A DNA stretch of 64,000 nt from Candidatus Omnitrophota bacterium. GTDB taxonomy: Bacteria; Omnitrophota; Gorgyraeia; Gygaellales; Profunditerraquicolaceae. Made by a program: the position numbers and the translations under genes. Below, piece by piece: positions 56,596-64,000 of the stretch; position 1 is the first letter of the stretch, and the number at the start of each line of letters is the position of its first letter. A model generated the notes under the pieces. It ran no database searches and was not told where the DNA came from. It worked only from the letters and a program-made list of their open reading frames with translations. Location: positions 11,258 to 75,257 of the forward strand of contig QZKA01000026.1 in assembly GCA_003598135.1 (NCBI GenBank), given 5' to 3'.

Positions 56596-56655
56596 TTTGC
56601 CTCCCTAACTAATTTTAGAAGATTGTAAATCCGCCTGCTGCGGCAATAAATACGC

Positions 56656-57288
56656 TTACTTGGAATACAATTCTACGATTAACTGCTCCTGAATCGGCTG
56701 CTGGATGTCCTCTTTTTCTGGCAACCTCACCACTTTCGCCTTAAGCGCACCTGCGTCAAATTCAAGCCACGCAGGGACGTCTCTGTCTTTCGCTAAATCA
56801 AGATTATCTCTGATTTTCTGCTGGGCCTTCTCTTTTGCTTTTAACTCGATGACGTCGTCTTTATTTACCTGAAACGACGGGATATTGACACCCTTAGTAT
56901 TTACATAGACAAAATTGTGTCTGACAATCTGGCGTGCCTGCGCTCTTGAAATACCGACACCCAGCCGGAATATTACATTATCGAGTCTACGCTCAAGTAT
57001 CTGCAACAGCACCTTTCCAGTGACACCCTTGGTCTTGGAAGCAATCTTAAAATACCTGCGGAACTGCCTTTCTAAAACCCCGTACATTCTTTTCACTTTT
57101 TGCTTTTCCCTCAACTGGAGGCCATAGTTAGAAAGCTTCATCCTCGACTTAGCCTGGCCATGCTGACCGGGCGCATAGTTTCGCTTGGTAATGGGGCACT
57201 TTTCGGTATTGCATTTCGTCCCTTTTAGAAACAATTTCTCCTGTTCCCGTCGGCACAATCTGCATACAGCGTCTGTGTACCTGGCCAT
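56656..57288 (-). CDS. rpsD: 30S ribosomal protein S4
   Basis: MARY, LREKQK, LERRLDN. Confidence 0.98.
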   Translation of the reverse strand: MARYTDAVCRLCRREQEKLFLKGTKCNTEKCPITKRNYAPGQHGQAKSRMKLSNYGLQLREKQKVKRMYGVLERQFRRYFKIASKTKGVTGKVLLQILERRLDNVIFRLGVGISRAQARQIVRHNFVYVNTKGVNIPSFQVNKDDVIELKAKEKAQQKIRDNLDLAKDRDVPAWLEFDAGALKAKVVRLPEKEDIQQPIQEQLIVELYSK

Positions 57289-57291
57289 TTA

Positions 57292-57675
57292 CTATACTCT
57301 CCTTTTCTTTCTCGAACGGCAACCGTTATGCGGTATGGGCGTTATGTCTTTTATGGATAGTATGGTCAATCCGGAAGCCTGCAGTGCCCTGATGGCGGAT
57401 TCACGGCCCGGCCCCGGCCCTTTCACATACACCTCAACTTCTTTTAAGCCTACATCCATCGCCTTCTTTGCTGCATCAGTAGCCGCTATCTGCGCGGCAA
57501 AAGGCGTTGATTTCTTGGAGCCACTGTACCCGACCACCCCGGGCGCCGACCATGCCAGGGTATTACCCTGTTTATCGGTGATAGTAACAATGGTATTATT
57601 AAAGCTGGCATTGATGTGCGCGATCCCTGAGGTAATCCCTTTATTGACCTTCTTTTTTTTAGTTTTCTCTGCCAT
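57292..57675 (-). CDS. rpsK: 30S ribosomal protein S11
   Basis: SFNNTI, KSTPFAA, PIPHNGC. Confidence 0.98.
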   Translation of the reverse strand: MAEKTKKKKVNKGITSGIAHINASFNNTIVTITDKQGNTLAWSAPGVVGYSGSKKSTPFAAQIAATDAAKKAMDVGLKEVEVYVKGPGPGRESAIRALQASGLTILSIKDITPIPHNGCRSRKKRRV

Positions 57676-57698
57676 ATATCATACCCCTTTTGCTGTTT

Positions 57699-58112
57699 TT
57701 ATTTAGCTGCCTTCGCTGCGGGCTTTGCTGCAGGGGCTTCTTTCTTGATTACTGCCATGCCGCGTCGACGAGGCCCTTTTCTGGTGCGGGCATTGGTGCG
57801 AGTCCTCTGACCCCTTACCGGGAGGCCTTTTTTATGACGCATCCCCCTCCACGAACCTATATCCACCAATCGTTTGATATTCTGGGAAATCTCCCTGCGT
57901 AAATCTCCTTCAACCTTAAATGTTGCCTTCTGGATTATGTTGGTAATACGGGAAACCTCATCTTCTGTCAAATCCTTTGCCCGTTTATCGGGAGAGATCT
58001 GAGCCTCTTTAAGGATTATATTCGAAAGGTGCCTTCCCACGCCGAAGAGGTACGTCAGGGCTATCTCTATCCTTTTTTCCTTTGGTATGTCTACGCCTAA
58101 AATTCTTGGCAC
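57699..58112 (-). CDS. rpsM: 30S ribosomal protein S13
   Basis: [18 protein letters not shown]. Confidence 0.98.
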   Translation of the reverse strand: MPRILGVDIPKEKRIEIALTYLFGVGRHLSNIILKEAQISPDKRAKDLTEDEVSRITNIIQKATFKVEGDLRREISQNIKRLVDIGSWRGMRHKKGLPVRGQRTRTNARTRKGPRRRGMAVIKKEAPAAKPAAKAAK

Positions 58113-58140
58113 GGTTAACCTCCTTCTGTGCCGAAAAGCC

Positions 58141-58254
58141 TTAACCTTGTCTCTGTTTATGTTTAGGGTTTGAGCAAATTACCCGCACAACTCCCTTTCT
58201 TTTGATAATTTTGCATTTATCGCAGATCTTGCGTATGGATGCTTTTACCTTCAT
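58141..58254 (-). CDS. rpmJ: 50S ribosomal protein L36 (not in ORF track)
   Basis: [37 protein letters not shown]. Confidence 0.97.
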   Translation of the reverse strand: MKVKASIRKICDKCKIIKRKGVVRVICSNPKHKQRQG

Positions 58255-58255
58255 C

Positions 58256-58474
58256 TCACTTCACCCTGTAAGTTATCCTTCCTCTTGTTAAATCGTACGG
58301 AGAAAGTTCAAGTTTTACCTTGTCTCCCGGAAGTATCCTGATAAAATTCATGCGCATCTTACCTGATACATGGGCAAGCACAAAATGGCCGTTCTCAAGC
58401 TCTACTTTAAACACGGCATTCGGAAGCGCCTCCGCCACTTTTCCTTCGGTTTCAATAAGTTCTTCCTTGCCCAT
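58256..58474 (-). CDS. infA: Translation initiation factor IF-1
   Basis: LPN..F.V.LENG, SGKMR, SPYDL.RGRI. Confidence 0.98.
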   Translation of the reverse strand: MGKEELIETEGKVAEALPNAVFKVELENGHFVLAHVSGKMRMNFIRILPGDKVKLELSPYDLTRGRITYRVK

Positions 58475-58493
58475 ATTCTTTTTAAAAACTGTT

Positions 58494-59243
58494 TTAGTTA
58501 TAGTGTGTTAATATTTCTGGTCCGCTATCCCCGATCGCCACCGTATGCTCAAAATGCGCAGAGAATAACCTGTCCTTGGTGACCGCAGTCCAGCCATTAT
58601 CCAAAATCTGGCATTCCCAGCTACCGGTATTTACCATCGGCTCTATTGCAAGCACCATCCCATGCATAAGCATAACCCCTTCGTGCGGCCTTCCGAAATT
58701 CGGGATTTCCGGCTCTTCGTGCAGGCTTCTTCCGATGCCATGGCCGACAAACTCCCTGACTACCGAAAACCCGTTATTCTCGACGTGCTGTTGGATGGCA
58801 TGAGAAATATCGTATAAGTGATTATTAACCCGCGCCTGTCTTACTCCTGCCATCAACGCCTCTTTTGTGACCTCTATCAATTTTTTGACGCTCGGCGATA
58901 CCTTCCCGATGCCTATGGTAATGGCTGCGTCCGCAAAATAACCCTGGTAATTGATCCCCACGTCAACACTTACGATATCACAGTCCTTAAGCCTTCTTTC
59001 TGAAGGAATGCCGTGCACCACCTCTTCATTCACGGAAGTGCATATATGCGCGGGAAACCCTTTATAACCAAGAAAAGCCGATTCGGCATTTTCCTGCCGG
59101 ATCAAATTATCCGCAACTCTATCAATTTCTAGCGTGGTAATGCTAGGCTCAATATACTCACGCAGTTTTTTTATGATTCTCGCCAGTTTCTGGCCGGTAC
59201 ACCTCATCATTTCTAAATCTTTTTCAGACTTTAGGGGAATCAT
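58494..59243 (-). CDS. map: Methionine aminopeptidase type I
   Basis: CTSVNE.VVHGIP, GHGIG..LHEEP, SAHFEHT. Confidence 0.97.
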   Translation of the reverse strand: MIPLKSEKDLEMMRCTGQKLARIIKKLREYIEPSITTLEIDRVADNLIRQENAESAFLGYKGFPAHICTSVNEEVVHGIPSERRLKDCDIVSVDVGINYQGYFADAAITIGIGKVSPSVKKLIEVTKEALMAGVRQARVNNHLYDISHAIQQHVENNGFSVVREFVGHGIGRSLHEEPEIPNFGRPHEGVMLMHGMVLAIEPMVNTGSWECQILDNGWTAVTKDRLFSAHFEHTVAIGDSGPEILTHYN

Positions 59244-59889
59244 CCAGTTCCTTTATAAGCTGCATGATCTTATCTAGCACGATCTGGGGCCCTTCGTCAG
59301 AAGAAACGTGGTGCAGCTTATGGCGCTGCTGGTAATACGAAATTAATCCTGCCACTTCGCTCTGATACACCAAAAGACGCTTTTTGATAGTTTCTTCTTT
59401 GTCATCATCGCGCTGGTATAATCCGCAGGAACAGTTATCACATATCATCTCGCGCTTAGGAGGCATATTGGTCACATGGAAATTTGCACCACATGATTTG
59501 CACACCAGCCTCCCTCCCAGGCGCTGGATGATGACCGGTTCGCTTGCATCAAGGTAGACAACCAAATCCATTGCGGCATCCAGACTGTTAAGAATACCGT
59601 CCAGTGTTTTTGCTTGCGCCAGATTCCTGGGATACCCGTCTAAAATGAAGCCTTTCTGTATATCAGGCTGTTTCAACCTCTCAATAAGCATCTGGGTAAC
59701 GAGCTCATCGGGAACAAGCATCCCCTTATTCATGAAATCCTTTGCCCTAATGCCCAATTGCGTATTGCCGGCTACATTCTGCCTTAAGAGGTCGCCCGTC
59801 GAGATATGAGAAAGGTGCGTCGCTTGAGCCAAAACTTTTGCCTGCGTCCCTTTGCCTGCGCCTGGAGGTCCAAGCAGTACTATTCTCAC
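59224..59889 (-). CDS. adk: Adenylate kinase
   Basis: GPPGAGKGTQ, LDGYPR, Zn lid. Confidence 0.97.
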   Translation of the reverse strand: MRIVLLGPPGAGKGTQAKVLAQATHLSHISTGDLLRQNVAGNTQLGIRAKDFMNKGMLVPDELVTQMLIERLKQPDIQKGFILDGYPRNLAQAKTLDGILNSLDAAMDLVVYLDASEPVIIQRLGGRLVCKSCGANFHVTNMPPKREMICDNCSCGLYQRDDDKEETIKKRLLVYQSEVAGLISYYQQRHKLHHVSSDEGPQIVLDKIMQLIKELDDSPKV

Positions 59890-61244
59890 TGCCTTCTTCC
59901 TCTGATCTTCCCGGATTTGATAAACCCTTCATAGTGGTGCATCACAAGATGCGATTCTATCTGTTTTATCGTATCAAGCATAACGCCTACCACAATCAAT
60001 ATTGCGGTCCCGCCGAAAAACGAAGCAACAAGGTAGGGGATGCCAAGCCACGCCATGATGAAGTCGGGAAAAATGGCAATAAAGGCAATAAAAAGCGCAC
60101 CAGCGAGTGTTATCCTGGTCATAACAAAATCAAGATATTCCGCGGTCGGCGCACCTGGCCGGATTCCCGGGATAAACCCTCCATATTTCTTCATGTTCTC
60201 AGAAACCTCCGAGGGATTAAACACTATCGCGGTATAGAAATAACAAAAGAATATGATCAACAGCGAATAGACAAGCGTATAGAGTAGTCCTCCCCTGCTT
60301 AAGCCCTGCGCCAATCTCTGAAAGGCAGGCAAAGGAATGAACGACGCAATAGTAGCAGGAAAAAGGATTATCGATTGCGCAAAGATAATCGCGATGACCC
60401 CTGAAGTATCTACCTTTAACGGAATATACGTTGACTGCCCCCCGTAAATCTTTCTGCCGACGATCCTGCGCGCATACTGGACGGGAATCTTGCGGTATCC
60501 CTGGGTAATAAGCACCACCGCCAGCACCACTCCTACTAATAACAGCGCCATCAATAAAAGGGTGTAAGGCTGTACCTGGCCTCTCGAAGTAGATGAAGGC
60601 GAAATGAGGATTGCCAGCTGCGCAACGGCAGTAGGTATTCGCGATATAATACCGGCAGTGATGACCAAAGAAATCCCGTTTCCGATTCCGCGTTCCTGAA
60701 TCTGTTCCCCCAGCCACATAATAAATATAGTACCAGCGGTCAGGGTCAAGACCGTCAGGATCCTAAATCCCCAGCCGGGATACATCACAATCCTTAAACC
60801 TTCAAACCCTTCGAAACGTGCGGAGTTCTCAAGCCACATCGCGATGAAGAACGACTGAACCGCAGCAAGTGCCACTGTCCCTATGCGGGTATATTGATTT
60901 ATTTTTTCGTAACCGGCTTTTCCTTCTTTTGCCAGTTTTTCAAGGCGCGGGATTACTACGGTCAAAAGCTGCATAATGATCGAGGATGATATGTAAGGCA
61001 TAATGCCAAGCGCAAAAATCGTAAGCCTCTCCATAGCGCCTCCTGAAAACATATTCATGATCCCCAGCAATGACCCGCCGTGAGTCCTGGCAATGCGATT
61101 GAAGAATTCAGTAAGGGCGTGCACATCAATTCCGGGAGTTGGTATGTAACAACCCACGCGGTACACCGCGATAAGCAAGCCTGTCACCACAAGGCGATTC
61201 TTCAGGTCGGGAATTTTAAAAGAGTTGGCTAGTGCGCTAAACAT
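59886..61244 (-). CDS. secY: Preprotein translocase SecY
   Basis: [30 protein letters not shown]. Confidence 0.98.
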   Translation of the reverse strand: MFSALANSFKIPDLKNRLVVTGLLIAVYRVGCYIPTPGIDVHALTEFFNRIARTHGGSLLGIMNMFSGGAMERLTIFALGIMPYISSSIIMQLLTVVIPRLEKLAKEGKAGYEKINQYTRIGTVALAAVQSFFIAMWLENSARFEGFEGLRIVMYPGWGFRILTVLTLTAGTIFIMWLGEQIQERGIGNGISLVITAGIISRIPTAVAQLAILISPSSTSRGQVQPYTLLLMALLLVGVVLAVVLITQGYRKIPVQYARRIVGRKIYGGQSTYIPLKVDTSGVIAIIFAQSIILFPATIASFIPLPAFQRLAQGLSRGGLLYTLVYSLLIIFFCYFYTAIVFNPSEVSENMKKYGGFIPGIRPGAPTAEYLDFVMTRITLAGALFIAFIAIFPDFIMAWLGIPYLVASFFGGTAILIVVGVMLDTIKQIESHLVMHHYEGFIKSGKIRGRRQ

Positions 61245-61752
61245 TTACAATAAGCTCCGTGGAACCGCCTGCTTTTTTAATCTTTTCCTGCGCCTGCCTG
61301 GAAAAGGCATGCGCCTGCACGGCTAAGGCATGTTTTATCTCGCCGTTGCCAAGGATTTTAAGCGGCAATTGTGTATCCTTAATGATTCCTTTTTCTTTTA
61401 ATAACGCCGGATTGACTTTCGGGTCTTTAATGTTATTCAGGTCGATAAGGTTTATAATCTGGTACTGTCTCTTTGCCCTACTGGTAAAACCTCGCTTGGC
61501 AATCCTTCGGATTAAAGGCGTCTGGCCTCCTTCGAAACCAAGATAGAAATGTCTCCCGGAACGGGAAGTCTGCCCCTTACTGCCTCGGGTAGAAGTCTTA
61601 CCGTGCCCAGAACCAGGACCCCTGCCGAGTAGCTTGCGTTTTTTATTCGCTCCACGAGGGCTTCGTAAATTATGTATCCCCACGGATGCAACATGAGCGC
61701 TATTCTTTTTCTTCTCAGCAGCTCTTTTAATCCGGCTTATTTTCTGTTTCAT
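61237..61752 (-). CDS. rplO: 50S ribosomal protein L15
   Basis: GRG.GSG.GKTS.RG.KGQ, FEGGQTP. Confidence 0.96.
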   Translation of the reverse strand: MKQKISRIKRAAEKKKNSAHVASVGIHNLRSPRGANKKRKLLGRGPGSGHGKTSTRGSKGQTSRSGRHFYLGFEGGQTPLIRRIAKRGFTSRAKRQYQIINLIDLNNIKDPKVNPALLKEKGIIKDTQLPLKILGNGEIKHALAVQAHAFSRQAQEKIKKAGGSTELIVNV

Positions 61753-62218
61753 CTTTTTCTATAGGCTGTAGTTGTTCTAATCCTTCAACGGTCGCCTTAA
61801 TGACATTAATAGGATTATTGGATTTAATGGTTTTAGTGAGAATGTCCTTTATGCCGCACGATTCGCAAATAGCCCTTACAGGGCCGCAGGCGATAATTCC
61901 CGTACCTTCTGAAGCAGGTTTCAAAAGCACCTGAGCCGCTCCGAATTTCCCCAGCACCTCATGGGGAATGGAAGAACCCTGCAGAAATACCTTGCGGGTC
62001 TCTTTCTTTGCCTTGGTGATTCCTTTACGGATGGCATTTGCAACTTCATTGGCTTTACCAAGGGCAAAACCGACATTGCCTCTTTTATCACCGACCACCA
62101 CAAGGGCGCTGAACGATAATTTCTTCCCACCTTTGGTCACCTTAGTCACCCTGTTGATGGTGACTACCTTTTCCACATACTCAGCTTGTGGCCCTGCCTG
62201 GAAAGTATTCGTCGTCAA
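61727..62218 (-). CDS. rpsE: 30S ribosomal protein S5
   Basis: INRV.KV.KGG, PA..GTG; TTG start. Confidence 0.97.
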   Translation of the reverse strand: MTTNTFQAGPQAEYVEKVVTINRVTKVTKGGKKLSFSALVVVGDKRGNVGFALGKANEVANAIRKGITKAKKETRKVFLQGSSIPHEVLGKFGAAQVLLKPASEGTGIIACGPVRAICESCGIKDILTKTIKSNNPINVIKATVEGLEQLQPIEKDETENKPD

Positions 62219-62577
62219 AATTCCAAACCTCCCTTTCTTAAGGACTCAGCAAACACTTTAACTCTGCCGTGATAGGCATAGCCAGCACGGTCAAAGACAA
62301 CCCTGCTGACCCCTTTCTCTTTGGCCTTCTGCGCAAAAACCTCTCCAAAAAACGCAGCCGCCTTGACATTGCCCGCATAAGGAAACCTGTGCTTAATTTC
62401 TTTATCCAGTGTGGATAAAGAAAAAATCGTCCTGTGTTTAATATCATCCACGAGTTGGGCAGAAAAATTCTTCAGACTCCTACGCACCACTAACCGTGGC
62501 TTTTCGTTATCGCCGCTTAGCCGGGTACGGATACGTACATGCCTATACTGCCTTTTTAATCCTTTTCTTTTTTTCAT
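62215..62577 (-). CDS. rplR: 50S ribosomal protein L18
   Basis: PRLVV, VVFDR.GY.YHGRV. Confidence 0.97.
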   Translation of the reverse strand: MKKRKGLKRQYRHVRIRTRLSGDNEKPRLVVRRSLKNFSAQLVDDIKHRTIFSLSTLDKEIKHRFPYAGNVKAAAFFGEVFAQKAKEKGVSRVVFDRAGYAYHGRVKVFAESLRKGGLEF

Positions 62578-62583
62578 AGACGT

Positions 62584-63129
62584 TTATTTGGTTGACGCCT
62601 GGGCCTTGCCCACTTTCTTCTTTACCAGTTCTCCCGTATACCTGATCCCCGTACCCTTATATGGCTCAGGAGGGCATACTGCGCGGATCTCCGCTGCCAC
62701 CTCGCCAACCTTCTCCTTATCTATGCCGCTTATAATGACTTGGTTGGCCTTGGGTGTCTCGATCTTTATTCCTTCGGGTATCGCGTAATTCACCGGATGA
62801 GAAAAACGTAATTGCAGATTGAGCACTTTGCCCTGCACCTGCGCGCGGAACCCTACGCCGATAATATCCAGCGATTTCTTGTATCCCTCGGTAACTCCCT
62901 TGACCATGTTATATATCAACGCCCTGGTTAAACCGTGCAGGGATTTATCCAGCTTGGTATCGCTGTTGCGGCCAAGAATGATCACGTTATCTTTGTACTC
63001 CGCAGAAATGGAATCAAACAGGGATAGAACAAGTTTTCCTTTCGGCCCCTCTATATTGAGGACTTTTTCCTTCAGGTCAACCTTAACTTCCTTTGGCACC
63101 ACTATAGGCTTCTTCCCAATTCTTGACAT
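62584..63129 (-). CDS. rplF: 50S ribosomal protein L6 (start MSRIG)
   Basis: MSRIGK.PI, GPKG, PEPYKG.GI.Y. Confidence 0.97.
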   Translation of the reverse strand: MSRIGKKPIVVPKEVKVDLKEKVLNIEGPKGKLVLSLFDSISAEYKDNVIILGRNSDTKLDKSLHGLTRALIYNMVKGVTEGYKKSLDIIGVGFRAQVQGKVLNLQLRFSHPVNYAIPEGIKIETPKANQVIISGIDKEKVGEVAAEIRAVCPPEPYKGTGIRYTGELVKKKVGKAQASTK

Positions 63130-63139
63130 ATAGCCTCTC

Positions 63140-63535
63140 TTACCAAATGTATCCCAATATCTCGCCGCCAATCTGATTTAGGCGCGCTTCTTTATCTGTC
63201 AGGATTCCTTTGGAGGTAGAAATAAGCGCAATCCCTCTTCCCCTTAAAACATAAGGGATTTTATCTTTTCTTGCATAAACCCTGAGCGAACATTTGGAAA
63301 TGCGCTTGATATTTGTTATCGCCGGCTTCTTGCCTTTGTATTTCAAATATATCCTCAATATACCTTGCTTGTTGTCTTCAATAAGCTTATAGTTATCAAT
63401 GTAATGCTCGCGTTTGAGAATTTCCATAATCGCCTGGGTAATTTTTGAGGCAGGCGCATCAAGATTCTCCTTCTTTGCCATGATGGCATTGCGTATCATT
63501 GTAAATGTATCAGCGATTAAATCTGTTTTTGCCAT
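63140..63535 (-). CDS. rpsH: 30S ribosomal protein S8
   Basis: D.IAD..T.IRNA, STSKG..TD..AR, GGE. Confidence 0.97.
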   Translation of the reverse strand: MAKTDLIADTFTMIRNAIMAKKENLDAPASKITQAIMEILKREHYIDNYKLIEDNKQGILRIYLKYKGKKPAITNIKRISKCSLRVYARKDKIPYVLRGRGIALISTSKGILTDKEARLNQIGGEILGYIW

Positions 63536-63560
63536 TTTTTTCCCCGTGTTATGAAACTAC

Positions 63561-63746
63561 CTACCAGCTTGCTTTTTTTACGCCGGGAATAAGGCCTTGC
63601 CAGGCCAATTCCCTAAAACAAATACGGCAGAGCTGAAATCTCCTCAAATACCCTCCCGACCTGCCGCAGATATGGCACCGGTTGTGTTTTCGTACTGAAA
63701 ACTTTGGGGGCCTTTTCCATCGATTGATTTGTGATGTTTTGGCCAT
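63561..63746 (-). CDS. rpsN: 30S ribosomal protein S14 (zinc type Z)
   Basis: C..CGR, LCR.CFR, PGV.KASW. Confidence 0.97.
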   Translation of the reverse strand: MAKTSQINRWKRPPKFSVRKHNRCHICGRSGGYLRRFQLCRICFRELAWQGLIPGVKKASW

Positions 63747-63773
63747 TTAGACGTACTCCCTTTCGATAAAATG

Positions 63774-64000
63774 TTATTCTTCCAACTTGAACGGCATACC
63801 AAACAACCGCAGCAATTCTTTCGATTGCTCTTTGCTCTTTGAATTCTTAATTACGAACGTAATATCCATGCCTTGAGTCCGGCTTATTTTGTCGTAATCT
63901 ATTTCTGGAAATATATTCTGCTCTGTAAGCCCCAGCGTATAATTGCCCCCTTCGTCAAACGAATTATCAGGAACGCCCCTGAAATCGCGGATGCGGGGAA
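63774..64000 (-). CDS. rplE: 50S ribosomal protein L5, C-terminal part
   Basis: PRIRDFRG...[22 protein letters not shown]. Confidence 0.95.
   Translation of the reverse strand, partial: PRIRDFRGVPDNSFDEGGNYTLGLTEQNIFPEIDYDKISRTQGMDITFVIKNSKSKEQSKELLRLFGMPFKLEE

Overview
The window has two parts. Positions 1..~38984 are the right-hand ~39 kb of a temperate podovirus-type prophage with BPP-1/T7-like morphogenesis gene order, running off the left edge. It encodes a >2100-aa ejection/polyvalent protein missing from the ORF track, ejection and tail-tube proteins, capsid, portal and terminase, replication/recombination genes, a cI/cro switch and a tyrosine integrase that abuts the 5' half of a tRNA-Ile2(CAU) cut at its anticodon loop. 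Positions ~39000..64000 are host DNA, probably PVC/Omnitrophota-like (inferred). They carry two c-di-GMP-I-class riboswitches around PilZ and two-CW genes, then rpoD, dnaG, groESL with CIRCE, a lpd-mdh-idh-leuD-pilT-leuC-aminotransferase cluster and the end of the spc/alpha ribosomal operons. The most unusual signals are: (1) three consecutive genes inside the head-tail module with Sec-type signal peptides, two of them very rich in N-X-T/S sequons, suggesting exported and possibly N-glycosylated phage proteins; (2) a phage initiator-like tRNA(CAU) with a long variable arm; (3) an unrestored host tRNA-Ile2 at this att junction; (4) a Dam-like methylase and a sigma-region-4-like HTH inside the giant virion protein; (5) a repeated TGACA-N3-TGACATA box at late-gene starts; (6) an orphan A20-type riboswitch. 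All family calls come from motif recognition by eye; no database searches were run.
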